Positions 16,922-25,111 of a stretch of 64,000 bases of DNA are shown one piece after another. Source of the stretch: Candidatus Saccharibacteria bacterium UBA6572 (lineage in GTDB: Bacteria; Patescibacteriota; Saccharimonadia; Saccharimonadales; Saccharimonadaceae); contig DJJI01000003.1 in assembly GCA_002434045.1 (NCBI GenBank), forward strand, positions 997 to 64,996, written 5' to 3'. How positions within the stretch are numbered: position 1 is the first letter of the stretch; each line of letters begins with the position of its first letter. The notes below the pieces were generated by a model. That model worked only from the letters and a program-made list of their open reading frames with translations, did not search any database and was not told where the DNA came from. A program made the position numbers and the translations under genes.

Positions 16922-18553
16922 ATGACTGATCTCGAAATTCCTCTCGGTAAGCGCACGCGGTTCTACAGGTTTTTCGAGATGCTGCCCGCGATCCTCAGCT
17001 ATACGATGATACTGCTGCCAATCGTGCTCAGTTTCATCAATCCGATCTACGGCGCGGTGTTCATCATCGTGTTCATCATCGTGTTCTTCGTCAAAGCGAT
17101 CGGTATGTCATACCGCACGATACAGGGCTATAACACCCTCCAACGTGCTCAAAAGATTGATTGGAAGGGTCGTCTGGCTGATCTCGAGGATCCTGCAGCT
17201 GCGCTGCACTCTCGGCACTACTCAGACTCATGGCGCTCAGAGGTGCATCAGCATAATCTCGAACAGCTCGATGCGACGGTGCACGCCAGAAAGCCATCAG
17301 ATATCTATAATGCGGTCATCATTGCTACTTACAATGAGGCGCGTGAAGTACTGGAACCGACTATAAAAGCCGTTCTAGAGGGTGATTACGACGCGAGTCG
17401 TATCATCATGACTATTGCGTACGAAGGCCGTGGACCTGAAAGTACTGAGGCGGCAGTCAAGGCGCTGCAGAAGAAATACGCACATGCCTTCCATAGTTTC
17501 TATATCGTCAAACACCCGGCAAACATGCCGAACGAAGTCGTCGGCAAGGGCGGCAACATCACCTATGCCGGTAAGTACTTGGCTGGTGAGATTAAAAAGC
17601 TCGGTATCGACCCCGAGAACGTGCTCGTGACAACGCTTGATAGCGACAACCGGCCGCATGGCAGCTATTTCAGCTATGTGACTTACGAATTTATCGTTCA
17701 CCCCGAGCCGCGACACGTGGCGTTTCAGCCGCTAGCGCTGTTTCTCAACAATATTTGGGACGTGCCGGCACCGATGCGAGTGCTTGCCACCGGTAACTCG
17801 TTCTGGAACCTCGTGAACTCGCTGCGGCCACATATGCTGCGAAACTTCGCTGCTCATTCACAGAGCATGGCCGCGCTGATCGACATGGACTTTTGGAGCA
17901 CACGAACCATCGTCGAGGATGGCCACCAGTTCTGGCGCAGCTATTTCCGTTATGATGGTCACTACTCGGTGGTGCCGATCTATATTCCGATCTATCAGGA
18001 TGCCGTGCTCGCCGAAGGCTATCGCAAGACGCTCAAAGCTCAGTTCATACAACTTCGGCGCTGGGCGTATGGTGCCTCTGATGTACCATATGTCGCCGAA
18101 AAGGTATTCACACGCGAGCGTACCGTACCGTTTTGGGATGGCCTCACCAAGTTTGTTCGACTCCTCGAAGGTCACGTCAACTGGGCGAGTGCTAGCATCA
18201 TCTTGCTGGTTGGCGCCTGGGGGCCGTTGTTCATCAATCCAGAGAGCAACCGTAGCTTAGTCGCACACGAGCTACCAACGGTCGCGAGCAGCCTGCAGCA
18301 GTTTGCCATGGTCGGATTGTTTATCACGATATTCCTGTCATTTCGCATGTTGCCGCCACGCCCAGAGCGCTACAAGCGGCATCGTAACATCGGTATGCTA
18401 CTCCAGTGGGTGCTGATGCCGGTTACGAGCGTCATCTATGGTTCGGCCGCGGCGATATACGCCCAAACCCGACTCCTCATCGGTAAATATCTCGATCGGT
18501 TCGATGTAACCGAAAAAGCTGTCGTCAAAGAAGACGGCGAGACTGTTAGCTGA
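16922..18553 (+). CDS. Membrane-embedded family 2 glycosyltransferase, processive synthase type
   Basis: N- and C-terminal TM bundles flank a GT-A domain containing IIATYNE, TLDSDN (DxD), VEDGHQFW (ED) and QLRRWAYG (QxxRW). Confidence 0.8.
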   Translation: MTDLEIPLGKRTRFYRFFEMLPAILSYTMILLPIVLSFINPIYGAVFIIVFIIVFFVKAIGMSYRTIQGYNTLQRAQKIDWKGRLADLEDPAAALHSRHYSDSWRSEVHQHNLEQLDATVHARKPSDIYNAVIIATYNEAREVLEPTIKAVLEGDYDASRIIMTIAYEGRGPESTEAAVKALQKKYAHAFHSFYIVKHPANMPNEVVGKGGNITYAGKYLAGEIKKLGIDPENVLVTTLDSDNRPHGSYFSYVTYEFIVHPEPRHVAFQPLALFLNNIWDVPAPMRVLATGNSFWNLVNSLRPHMLRNFAAHSQSMAALIDMDFWSTRTIVEDGHQFWRSYFRYDGHYSVVPIYIPIYQDAVLAEGYRKTLKAQFIQLRRWAYGASDVPYVAEKVFTRERTVPFWDGLTKFVRLLEGHVNWASASIILLVGAWGPLFINPESNRSLVAHELPTVASSLQQFAMVGLFITIFLSFRMLPPRPERYKRHRNIGMLLQWVLMPVTSVIYGSAAAIYAQTRLLIGKYLDRFDVTEKAVVKEDGETVS

Positions 18554-19019
18554 TACCACGCCTTGTCGTGCGTGGACGACCACGGTTGGCTCTCTGAGAC
18601 GTGTTCTGGACCAATCCATGTCGGGCACCGTACTGGATACCAGCGGTCGCATCAAAGTTTGAGAGGGTGGCGTAGACTTCCTCGGCGATCGCGACAGTTG
18701 TTACCGTATCTGTCGCCGTCGCTTGGATGTTTTGGGCAACGGTCTGAGCGAGCCAGTAGCTGTCGTCTGGAACGCTGTCGCTCGCACGGTGCGACAGACT
18801 GCCAGCGATACTAAAGATCAACCGTGGCAAACTAAAGGACGAGAGCCTCCCAGATGCGTCTTTGACCGAAAAAACGTAACTGTCATCAGCGACAACTTCA
18901 GAGGTCGTAAAAACGGCCCCACACGCCTTACATTCTCGTCGACGCCATACACTGGGCGTTTTTTTGTGTGGCCGTGAGTTCATGACCCTGGTATCGTGGC
19001 TACATTTTATGCAAATCAT
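18546..19019 (-). CDS. nrdR: Transcriptional repressor NrdR
   Basis: N-terminal zinc ribbon MICIKCSHDTRVMNSR...RRRECKACGAVFTTSE followed by an ATP-cone-sized domain. Confidence 0.85.
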   Translation of the reverse strand: MICIKCSHDTRVMNSRPHKKTPSVWRRRECKACGAVFTTSEVVADDSYVFSVKDASGRLSSFSLPRLIFSIAGSLSHRASDSVPDDSYWLAQTVAQNIQATATDTVTTVAIAEEVYATLSNFDATAGIQYGARHGLVQNTSQRANRGRPRTTRRGIS

Positions 19020-19083
19020 GTCTATATATTGTCATAACGCTTGGGAAAACGCTAGTGGATAAACAGTTTGGGTGTGGGGATAA

Positions 19084-19118
19084 GAAAAACCGCAGATCTA
19101 TGAGGGGATAGATCTGCG
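19084..19118 (-). terminator. Rho-independent terminator (minus strand) after the small ORF
   Basis: 11-bp stem cgcagatctat / atagatctgcg with loop gagggg. The A-run at 19084-19089 is a T-run on the minus strand. Confidence 0.75.
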
Positions 19119-19150
19119 ACCGGCGAGGGTAATATCTGTGGTAGACGGCG

Positions 19151-19288
19151 TTATTTTGCCGAGATGCGTGATCGCTTTATACGACCTGAGTCTTTGGAGA
19201 CGGGCACCATCTCGTAGAAGAGTTGAAACTTTTCTAATTCTGAGCTGATGTGGCCACGGCGGGCCTGGGTGGATGTGGTGGTATCCAT
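19151..19288 (-). CDS. Unannotated small basic protein (45 aa), possibly bS21-like
   Basis: ATG 19288 to TAA 19151 encodes MDTTTSTQARRGHISSELEKFQLFYEMVPVSKDSGRIKRSRISAK. It lies below the 60-aa cutoff of the ORF track. It is flanked by an extended -10-like box (tgcTAGTAT) ending 7 nt before the ATG and by a strong terminator. The segment FYE..P..K....KR loosely recalls the ribosomal protein S21 C-terminus. Confidence 0.35.
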   Translation of the reverse strand: MDTTTSTQARRGHISSELEKFQLFYEMVPVSKDSGRIKRSRISAK

Positions 19289-19502
19289 AGTTATTATACT
19301 AGCACATAAGCGTTTTAATGTCAATAGTGCTCATGCTTGCTGCCTATATCACCAGGTGCATAAACACCATGATTTTTTGACGTATCTACCGGTGGAAAAG
19401 TCCCTGAATTCGTGTGGAAAGCGTTAAAACATCGGTAAACTGGCAGTTTTGCGGTACACTAGTAGATAGATAACAGGGGTAAGAAGGGCGGAAGGATCCA
19501 GC

Positions 19503-20210
19503 ATGATTACGCTGCGCGGTATCAACAAGACCTATGGCAAGAAAAAGCAGCGTTTTCAGGCGCTCAAGGATATCGATCTCGAGATACCTGACGGTGCCTC
19601 GGTTGCTATCGTCGGTAAGTCTGGTTCTGGCAAATCTACCCTGATGCATGTCATGTCTGGACTCGATCGGCCTCAGAGCGGTGAAGTAGTCGTCGACGGT
19701 CAGGATATCTTGAAACTAAAGGCCAAAGCGGTTGATAGGTTTCGCTCTGAAAAGATGGGCTTTATCTTTCAGGCGTTCTTTGTACAGGGGAACGAGAGCA
19801 GTTTTCATAACGTATCCCTACCGCTAGAGATCGCCAAAGTGTCGCGTGGCAAGCGCAAAAAGATGATTCTTGAGGCACTTGAGCGCGTCGAGATGACTGA
19901 CAAAGCCCAGGAACGGGCTCGTAACCTTTCAGGCGGTCAAAAGCAGCGCCTGGCTATCGCACGGGCTATCGTTGCGAAACCAAGCATCCTGTTCGCCGAC
20001 GAGCCGACCGGCAATCTCGACTCTACCACTGGCGAGCACATCGAAGAATTGCTGTTTGACCTCAATAAACAACAAGGCGTAACGCTGGTTATTGTGACGC
20101 ATGACAGAGATCTCGCCTCTCGCTGCGATATTCGGGTAAACATTAAGGATGGTGCGATCCAGAGTATCGAGACTCCCAAGCGGCCGAAGGCAAAAGGAGG
20201 CAAGTCATGA
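19503..20210 (+). CDS. ABC transporter ATP-binding protein (MacB/LolD-type)
   Basis: Walker A GKSGSGKST, signature LSGGQKQR, Walker B ILFADEPTGNLD and H-loop VTHD. Confidence 0.92.
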   Translation: MITLRGINKTYGKKKQRFQALKDIDLEIPDGASVAIVGKSGSGKSTLMHVMSGLDRPQSGEVVVDGQDILKLKAKAVDRFRSEKMGFIFQAFFVQGNESSFHNVSLPLEIAKVSRGKRKKMILEALERVEMTDKAQERARNLSGGQKQRLAIARAIVAKPSILFADEPTGNLDSTTGEHIEELLFDLNKQQGVTLVIVTHDRDLASRCDIRVNIKDGAIQSIETPKRPKAKGGKS

Positions 20211-21598
20211 ATGCGTTCGATTTGATTCAACGTGCCGGTCGCTCTCTAGGGAATGCCAAGGTTCGTACGGTTCTGACCTCACTTGCTATCGGTGTTGGTG
20301 CCTTTACATTGACGGCTACTTTGGCGGCCGGTAACGGTATACGTGACTACACTGACCGACTTATCAGCAATAACTTCGATCCGGCAGAGTTAATCGTCGG
20401 GCGAGACGCTGAGATAGAGAACAATGGAGCACCTAACAGCTCACCGAAGGAGTACGATGAGTCAGTTTCTAGTCTGACGGTCGGCGGTGATGGCAGTAGT
20501 CTCCAGGTAAAGCAGGTGACAAGTGAGGATGTTGAGGAGCTCAAGAAATACGACTTCGTCGAACAGGTTAGGCCGAACTATCAAGTCCAGGCGCGCTACG
20601 TGACTACACCTGGCAACGACAAGCGTTACACACTGACGCTTCAGGCGTACAATCCTGGCCAAAAGCCAGAGCTCGAGGCCGGTAAACTGCCAGAGCGGGG
20701 TGATATCAAGAACGGTACGCTGTTGCTCCCGATGAGCTACGTGCAGTTGCTTGGCTTTAAGAACGCTGCTGATGCTATCGGCAAAGAGGTGAGTATCGCG
20801 ACTGCGCAACCTTTTACTGAGGAGGCGCTCCAGGAGTATTTCATGAATCTTCAGATGGGTACGATGTCCGGTGAAGAGTCGGCCACACCGGAGCCGACCG
20901 AACAACTGACGACGTACAAGGTTGCTGCGGTGACCAAACAAGGTGCCGCTTCACTCAGCTTTGCGGGACTGCCTATCATGCTTTCGAACGAAGATACCGG
21001 TGCGCTCTATGACTTCACGACCGAAGGTACTCAGAACCACGGGAAATACGTCTACGTCTACGTTCGAGTCAAAGGCGGTGAGGACGAACAGAAAGCGCTT
21101 GATGCCAAGGCTGAGCTCAAAGAAGACGGTTATTACGTCCAAACGAGCCAAGACATCCAAAAGACCATCACCCAGTTCGTTGACGTGCTCCAGATACTCG
21201 TCGGTGTGTTCGGTGTGATTACGGTTGTAGCAAGCGTATTCGGTATCATTAACACGATGTACATCTCTGTTCTCGAACGCACCCGCGAGATCGGCCTGAT
21301 GAAAGCGCTCGGTATGCGTGGTCGTGACGTGGCATGGCTCTTTAGGATTGAGGCGGCTTGGATAGGCTTCCTTGGTGGTGTCATCGGTGCTGGTATAGCC
21401 TATGGTGTCGGTACGGCACTCAATCCGTGGCTGACTGAAACGCTCGGTCTCGGTGAAGGTAACTCGATCCTCATCTTTGACTTCGGCCAGATCGCCATCT
21501 TGATACTCAGCCTTATACTGGTTGCTATCATTGCAGGTTGGTTCCCAGCCCGCAAGGCGGCCAAGCTCGATCCGATCGAGGCGCTCAGAACAGAGTAG
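20207..21598 (+). CDS. ABC transporter permease, FtsX/MacB family with a large extracytoplasmic domain
   Basis: TM1, then a loop of about 300 aa, then three C-terminal TMs carrying the FtsX-like motif (ERTREIGLMKALGMRG). ATGA overlap with the ATPase gene. Confidence 0.85.
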   Translation: MNAFDLIQRAGRSLGNAKVRTVLTSLAIGVGAFTLTATLAAGNGIRDYTDRLISNNFDPAELIVGRDAEIENNGAPNSSPKEYDESVSSLTVGGDGSSLQVKQVTSEDVEELKKYDFVEQVRPNYQVQARYVTTPGNDKRYTLTLQAYNPGQKPELEAGKLPERGDIKNGTLLLPMSYVQLLGFKNAADAIGKEVSIATAQPFTEEALQEYFMNLQMGTMSGEESATPEPTEQLTTYKVAAVTKQGAASLSFAGLPIMLSNEDTGALYDFTTEGTQNHGKYVYVYVRVKGGEDEQKALDAKAELKEDGYYVQTSQDIQKTITQFVDVLQILVGVFGVITVVASVFGIINTMYISVLERTREIGLMKALGMRGRDVAWLFRIEAAWIGFLGGVIGAGIAYGVGTALNPWLTETLGLGEGNSILIFDFGQIAILILSLILVAIIAGWFPARKAAKLDPIEALRTE

Positions 21599-21610
21599 CT
21601 CATACAAACA

Positions 21611-21640
21611 AAAAGCCGGTCATATTAGGACCGGTTCTTT
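21611..21640 (+). terminator. Rho-independent terminator
   Basis: aaaagccggtc-atattag-gaccggttcttt. Confidence 0.7.
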
Positions 21641-21643
21641 GAT

Positions 21644-21720
21644 TGGTGGGCGATAGAGGATTCGAACCTCTCACCTCCACAACGTCAATGTGGCGCTCTA
21701 GCCAAATGAGCTAATCGCCC
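21644..21720 (-). tRNA. tRNA-Val (anticodon GAC)
   Basis: Reverse complement: gggcgat-ta-gctc-atttggcta-gagc-g-ccaca-ttGACgt-tgtgg-aggtg-agagg-ttcgaat-cctct-atcgccc-a-cca. Confidence 0.9.
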
Positions 21721-21763
21721 TGATTGAGGGGGGCGCAAGGCCATAAAGGTGCGTGACGTACTG

Positions 21764-21843
21764 AGCTGTCATTTGGCTAGAGCGCTGGCGCTGATATTTC
21801 GCTGAAGGCTCCCCAAATGAGCTAATCGCTCGTAAAGGACAGA
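21764..21843. repeat. tRNA-Val-derived fragments (one inverted D-arm copy, one direct acceptor+D-arm copy)
   Basis: ccaaatgagctaatcgc at 21826-21842 repeats 21704-21720, the 5' end of tRNA-Val. gtcatttggctagagcgc at about 21768-21785 is the same D-arm segment in inverted orientation. The fragments do not fold into a cloverleaf. Confidence 0.7.
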
Positions 21844-21894
21844 TAAAAGCATACCAAAAACAGGGGCGGGAAGCAACTGTGGTATTATTGATAC

Positions 21895-22055
21895 CAAGTG
21901 GTGACACGGTCTAACCAGCCGTCGAGCTTCGCCGGGAGCGGTCGCAGACAGGCGTCATATGAATGCGACAAGAGTAAAGCCAAGGTGGAACCTCCGGGCA
22001 ACCGGACCGAGGCACGCTAAGAGAAAACTTCTCAAGTAGCGTGTTTTTTATTTTT
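21895..22055 (+). promoter_or_regulatory. Candidate T-box leader (Thr) with intrinsic terminator upstream of thrS
   Basis: GGTGGAACC at 21984-21992 matches the core of the T-box sequence. A terminator hairpin cacgcta...tagcgtg (22013-22043) is followed by ttttttattttt. A candidate specifier ACC followed by A lies at 21914-21917. The position is immediately 5' of thrS. Stem I was not convincingly folded by hand. Confidence 0.5.
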
Positions 22056-22085
22056 CTAAGAGGCGAAAGCGCCAAGGAGATGAGT

Positions 22086-23927
22086 ATGAGTGACGACCAA
22101 CTTTACGCTATGCGACATAGCCTGGCGCATATCACGGCGCAGGCGGTGCAGCACCTGTGGCCAGAGGCAAAGTTCGGTGTCGGTCCGGTGGTGGAAAACG
22201 GGTTTTATTATGATATAGACCTCGGAGAGACGAAGATATCTGAGAGTGATTTCGAGCGTATCGAAAAAGAAATGCAAGCCATCATCAAAGCGGGTTACCG
22301 GTTTGAACGTAGCGAAAAAAGCATCGATGAGGCGCTGACATGGGCCGAGCAAGCGAATCAACCGTACAAGGTTGAGCTTCTGAACGATTTGAAGCGTGCT
22401 GGTACGACGGTCGCGAGCGACTTAGATGCCGAGACTCTCGGGGTAGAAGCGTCAGGTGAAGGCGTTGTTGAAAATGTATCATTTTACACGGACGGTGACT
22501 TCACCGATCTCTGCCGCGGTCCGCACGTCGAAGATACGAGCAAAGTCGGTGCGTTCAAACTGATGCGTGTAGCCGGGGCTTATTGGCGGGGCAATGAGAA
22601 GAACGCTCAGATGCAGCGTCTCTATGGGGTGGCATTTGCGACCAAAGAGGAGCTCGATACGCATCTTGAAATGCTCGAAGAAGCTAAAAAACGTGATCAC
22701 CGCAAGCTCGGTCAAGAACTCGACCTATTCGTGACATCTCCACTTGTTGGCGCTGGTTTGCCGCTGTTTACACCTCGCGGAACCGTGCTCCGAGAAGAGA
22801 TTAGCCGGCTCTCAAACGAAGTGCGCGAGAGTCGTGGCTTTCAGAAAGTCTGGGTGCCGCACATCACCAAGAAGGAGTTATATGAGACTTCTGGGCACTG
22901 GTCAAAATTCGGTGACGAACTCTTTCTCGTAACGTCCCAAGAGACAAGCGATAACTTTGTGATGAAACCGATGAATTGTCCGCACCACACGCAGCTCTAT
23001 GCAAGTCAGGCTCGAAGTTACCGTGATCTACCAATCCGCTACCTCGAGACCACAACCGTTTACCGTGATGAAAAGAGTGGTGAGCTTGGTGGACTCAGCC
23101 GAGTTCGATCGATCACGCAAGATGACAGTCATGCGTTCGTGCGTCCCGATCAGATCGAAGAGCAAGTTGACCAACTGCTCACCGCTGCCCATGAGCTCTA
23201 TAGTGCGGTTGATATGGAGCTGCATGTCCGTCTTAGTTATCGTGATGACAGTGATGCCTATCTCGGCGACCCCGGACTTTGGGAGAGCGCACAAGCCCAA
23301 CTCAAGCAGGCCATTGAAAGGGGTGGGCTCGAGTTCTACGAAGAGACTGGTGAAGCAGCCTTTTATGGTCCGAAGGTCGACTTCATGGCGACAGATGCCA
23401 TCGGCCGTGAGCATCAGGTTGCAACCGTACAGCTAGACTTCGTACAGCCGGAACGCTTCAAGCTTGAGTACACGAACGCCGAAGGTGCAAAACAGCGTCC
23501 AGTCATGATCCACTGCGCCCTCCTTGGCTCAATTGAGCGGTTCCTCAGTGTCTATATCGAACACACTGCTGGCCGTTTTCCGCTGTGGCTTGCGCCCGAA
23601 CAACTCCGCGTTATCCAGGTCAACGATGATGAAAAAGTGGTGTCATTCGTGCAACAACTTAAGTACATCGCCTCTGATAAGGGTATCCGTATGACGGTTG
23701 ACGACAGCAACGACTCGGTTGGCAAGAAAATTCGCGCCGCCGCGACGCTCAAGGTTCCATACTCACTGGTCGTTGGTGACAAGGAAGTCGAACAGGGCAA
23801 GGTAACGCCTCGAGTTCGCGGTGATCTAGCGGTCGAGGGTCGTGAAGATAAGGCCTACGAGGTTGAACAGTTCTTTACGAGCATTGCCCACGAGGCAAAA
23901 GCTCGCGCTAGCAAATCGTCTATTTAA
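22086..23927 (+). CDS. thrS: Threonine--tRNA ligase (lacks the N-terminal TGS domain)
   Basis: It begins directly in the editing/second-additional domain (MRHSLAHITAQAVQHLWPEAKFGVGPVVENGFYYD), then has a class II core (FVMKPMNCPHH, RVRSITQDDSH, GPKVDF) and an anticodon-binding domain. ATG 22086 lies 6 nt after AAGGAG. The ORF track start at 22041 sits inside the leader terminator. Confidence 0.95.
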   Translation: MSDDQLYAMRHSLAHITAQAVQHLWPEAKFGVGPVVENGFYYDIDLGETKISESDFERIEKEMQAIIKAGYRFERSEKSIDEALTWAEQANQPYKVELLNDLKRAGTTVASDLDAETLGVEASGEGVVENVSFYTDGDFTDLCRGPHVEDTSKVGAFKLMRVAGAYWRGNEKNAQMQRLYGVAFATKEELDTHLEMLEEAKKRDHRKLGQELDLFVTSPLVGAGLPLFTPRGTVLREEISRLSNEVRESRGFQKVWVPHITKKELYETSGHWSKFGDELFLVTSQETSDNFVMKPMNCPHHTQLYASQARSYRDLPIRYLETTTVYRDEKSGELGGLSRVRSITQDDSHAFVRPDQIEEQVDQLLTAAHELYSAVDMELHVRLSYRDDSDAYLGDPGLWESAQAQLKQAIERGGLEFYEETGEAAFYGPKVDFMATDAIGREHQVATVQLDFVQPERFKLEYTNAEGAKQRPVMIHCALLGSIERFLSVYIEHTAGRFPLWLAPEQLRVIQVNDDEKVVSFVQQLKYIASDKGIRMTVDDSNDSVGKKIRAAATLKVPYSLVVGDKEVEQGKVTPRVRGDLAVEGREDKAYEVEQFFTSIAHEAKARASKSSI

Positions 23928-23931
23928 ACCC

Positions 23932-24237
23932 ATGAGTGAGCTTAGTTTTCGAGACACCGTTTATGAGCTAGTCGCTTCTATACCAGAGGGTCGACTGATG
24001 ACCTATGGCGATATTGCAGCGATTGCTGGACATCCGTATGCGGCACGACAGGTCGGCGGACTTGCGCACTTCGGTCCAACCGAACTGCCGTGGCATCGGG
24101 TCGTGAACCGACTTGGTGAGTGCGCCAGTGGCTATTATGGTGGAAAGGCAGGCCATCAAGCGGCTCTCGAAGCCGAGGGCTTCACAGTGGTTGATTTTCG
24201 GGTGGTTGATTTTGAGGAGCGTCGATGGCGCCCTTGA
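23932..24237 (+). CDS. Alkyltransferase-like protein (ATL; MGMT DNA-binding domain without the active-site Cys)
   Basis: 101 aa. IPEGRLMTYGDIA...ARQVG...LPWHRVVN carries PWHRV where O6-alkylguanine transferases have PCHRV. Confidence 0.8.
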   Translation: MSELSFRDTVYELVASIPEGRLMTYGDIAAIAGHPYAARQVGGLAHFGPTELPWHRVVNRLGECASGYYGGKAGHQAALEAEGFTVVDFRVVDFEERRWRP

Positions 24238-25070
24238 TCGTTATCACCGGGCCGACAGCGAGTGGCAAGACTGGTCTAGCGCTTAATCTGGCCGAGAAGT
24301 ACGGCGGCGAAATTATCTGTGCCGATTCGCGGACTATCTATCGAGGCATGGATATCGGTACTGCCAAGCCAACGGTTGACGAGCAGGCCAGGGTTCCACA
24401 TCATCTACTCGGAATCGTGGAACCTGGCGAGCGTTACACTGCACGTGATTTCCAGCGTGATGCAAATACGGCTATTACCGAGATTCGAAGTCGCGGCAAG
24501 GTACCATTCTTAGTTGGAGGTACCGGGCTCTATATCGATGCGGTGACACTTGATTTTGAATGGCCAGAGCAGATGGATGATGTGAGGTATGACGAGAAGG
24601 ATATAGATGAATTACAAGAGTTGATAAAAATGCAACACATTGATTTGCCCGAGAATCCACAGAACAAACGACACCTTATAAGTACTCTCAAGCGTGCAGG
24701 TCAACGGGGCACTTCTCGAGATAAACCTGCGGATGATACCGTAGTTGTTTCAATTGCAACGGATAGAAGTATCCTGAGTAAGCGTATACGGGCAAGGGCT
24801 GAGGTGATGTTCAGAACAGGAGTCGTCGACGAGACGATGCGTCTCGCAGATCGGTATGGTTGGGATAGTGAAGCGATGAAGAGTAACATTTACCCGATCG
24901 TGCGACGGGTGATTGACGGGGAGCTGACTGAGCATCAGGCAATCGATCTCTTTGTTGCAAAAGATATGGGTCTTGCCAAGCGCCAAGTGACCTGGCTGAA
25001 ACGTCACGAGTATGTTCAATGGCTATCGCTGGATGAGGCTGGGCCCTATATAGAGACGGTACTAGCGTAA
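24225..25070 (+). CDS. miaA: tRNA dimethylallyltransferase
   Basis: P-loop ITGPTASGKT plus ADSRTIYRGMDIGTAKP. Confidence 0.9.
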   Translation: MAPLIVITGPTASGKTGLALNLAEKYGGEIICADSRTIYRGMDIGTAKPTVDEQARVPHHLLGIVEPGERYTARDFQRDANTAITEIRSRGKVPFLVGGTGLYIDAVTLDFEWPEQMDDVRYDEKDIDELQELIKMQHIDLPENPQNKRHLISTLKRAGQRGTSRDKPADDTVVVSIATDRSILSKRIRARAEVMFRTGVVDETMRLADRYGWDSEAMKSNIYPIVRRVIDGELTEHQAIDLFVAKDMGLAKRQVTWLKRHEYVQWLSLDEAGPYIETVLA

Positions 25071-25111
25071 GTGTGCTAGTATAGTACTCGATATGAGTGA
25101 GGGATTCCGCC

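Noticed and set aside
21698-21907. 69-aa minus-strand ORF with RAISSFG at both ends
   Set aside because: It translates tRNA-Val and its duplicated fragment. It is an artefact of the repeat.
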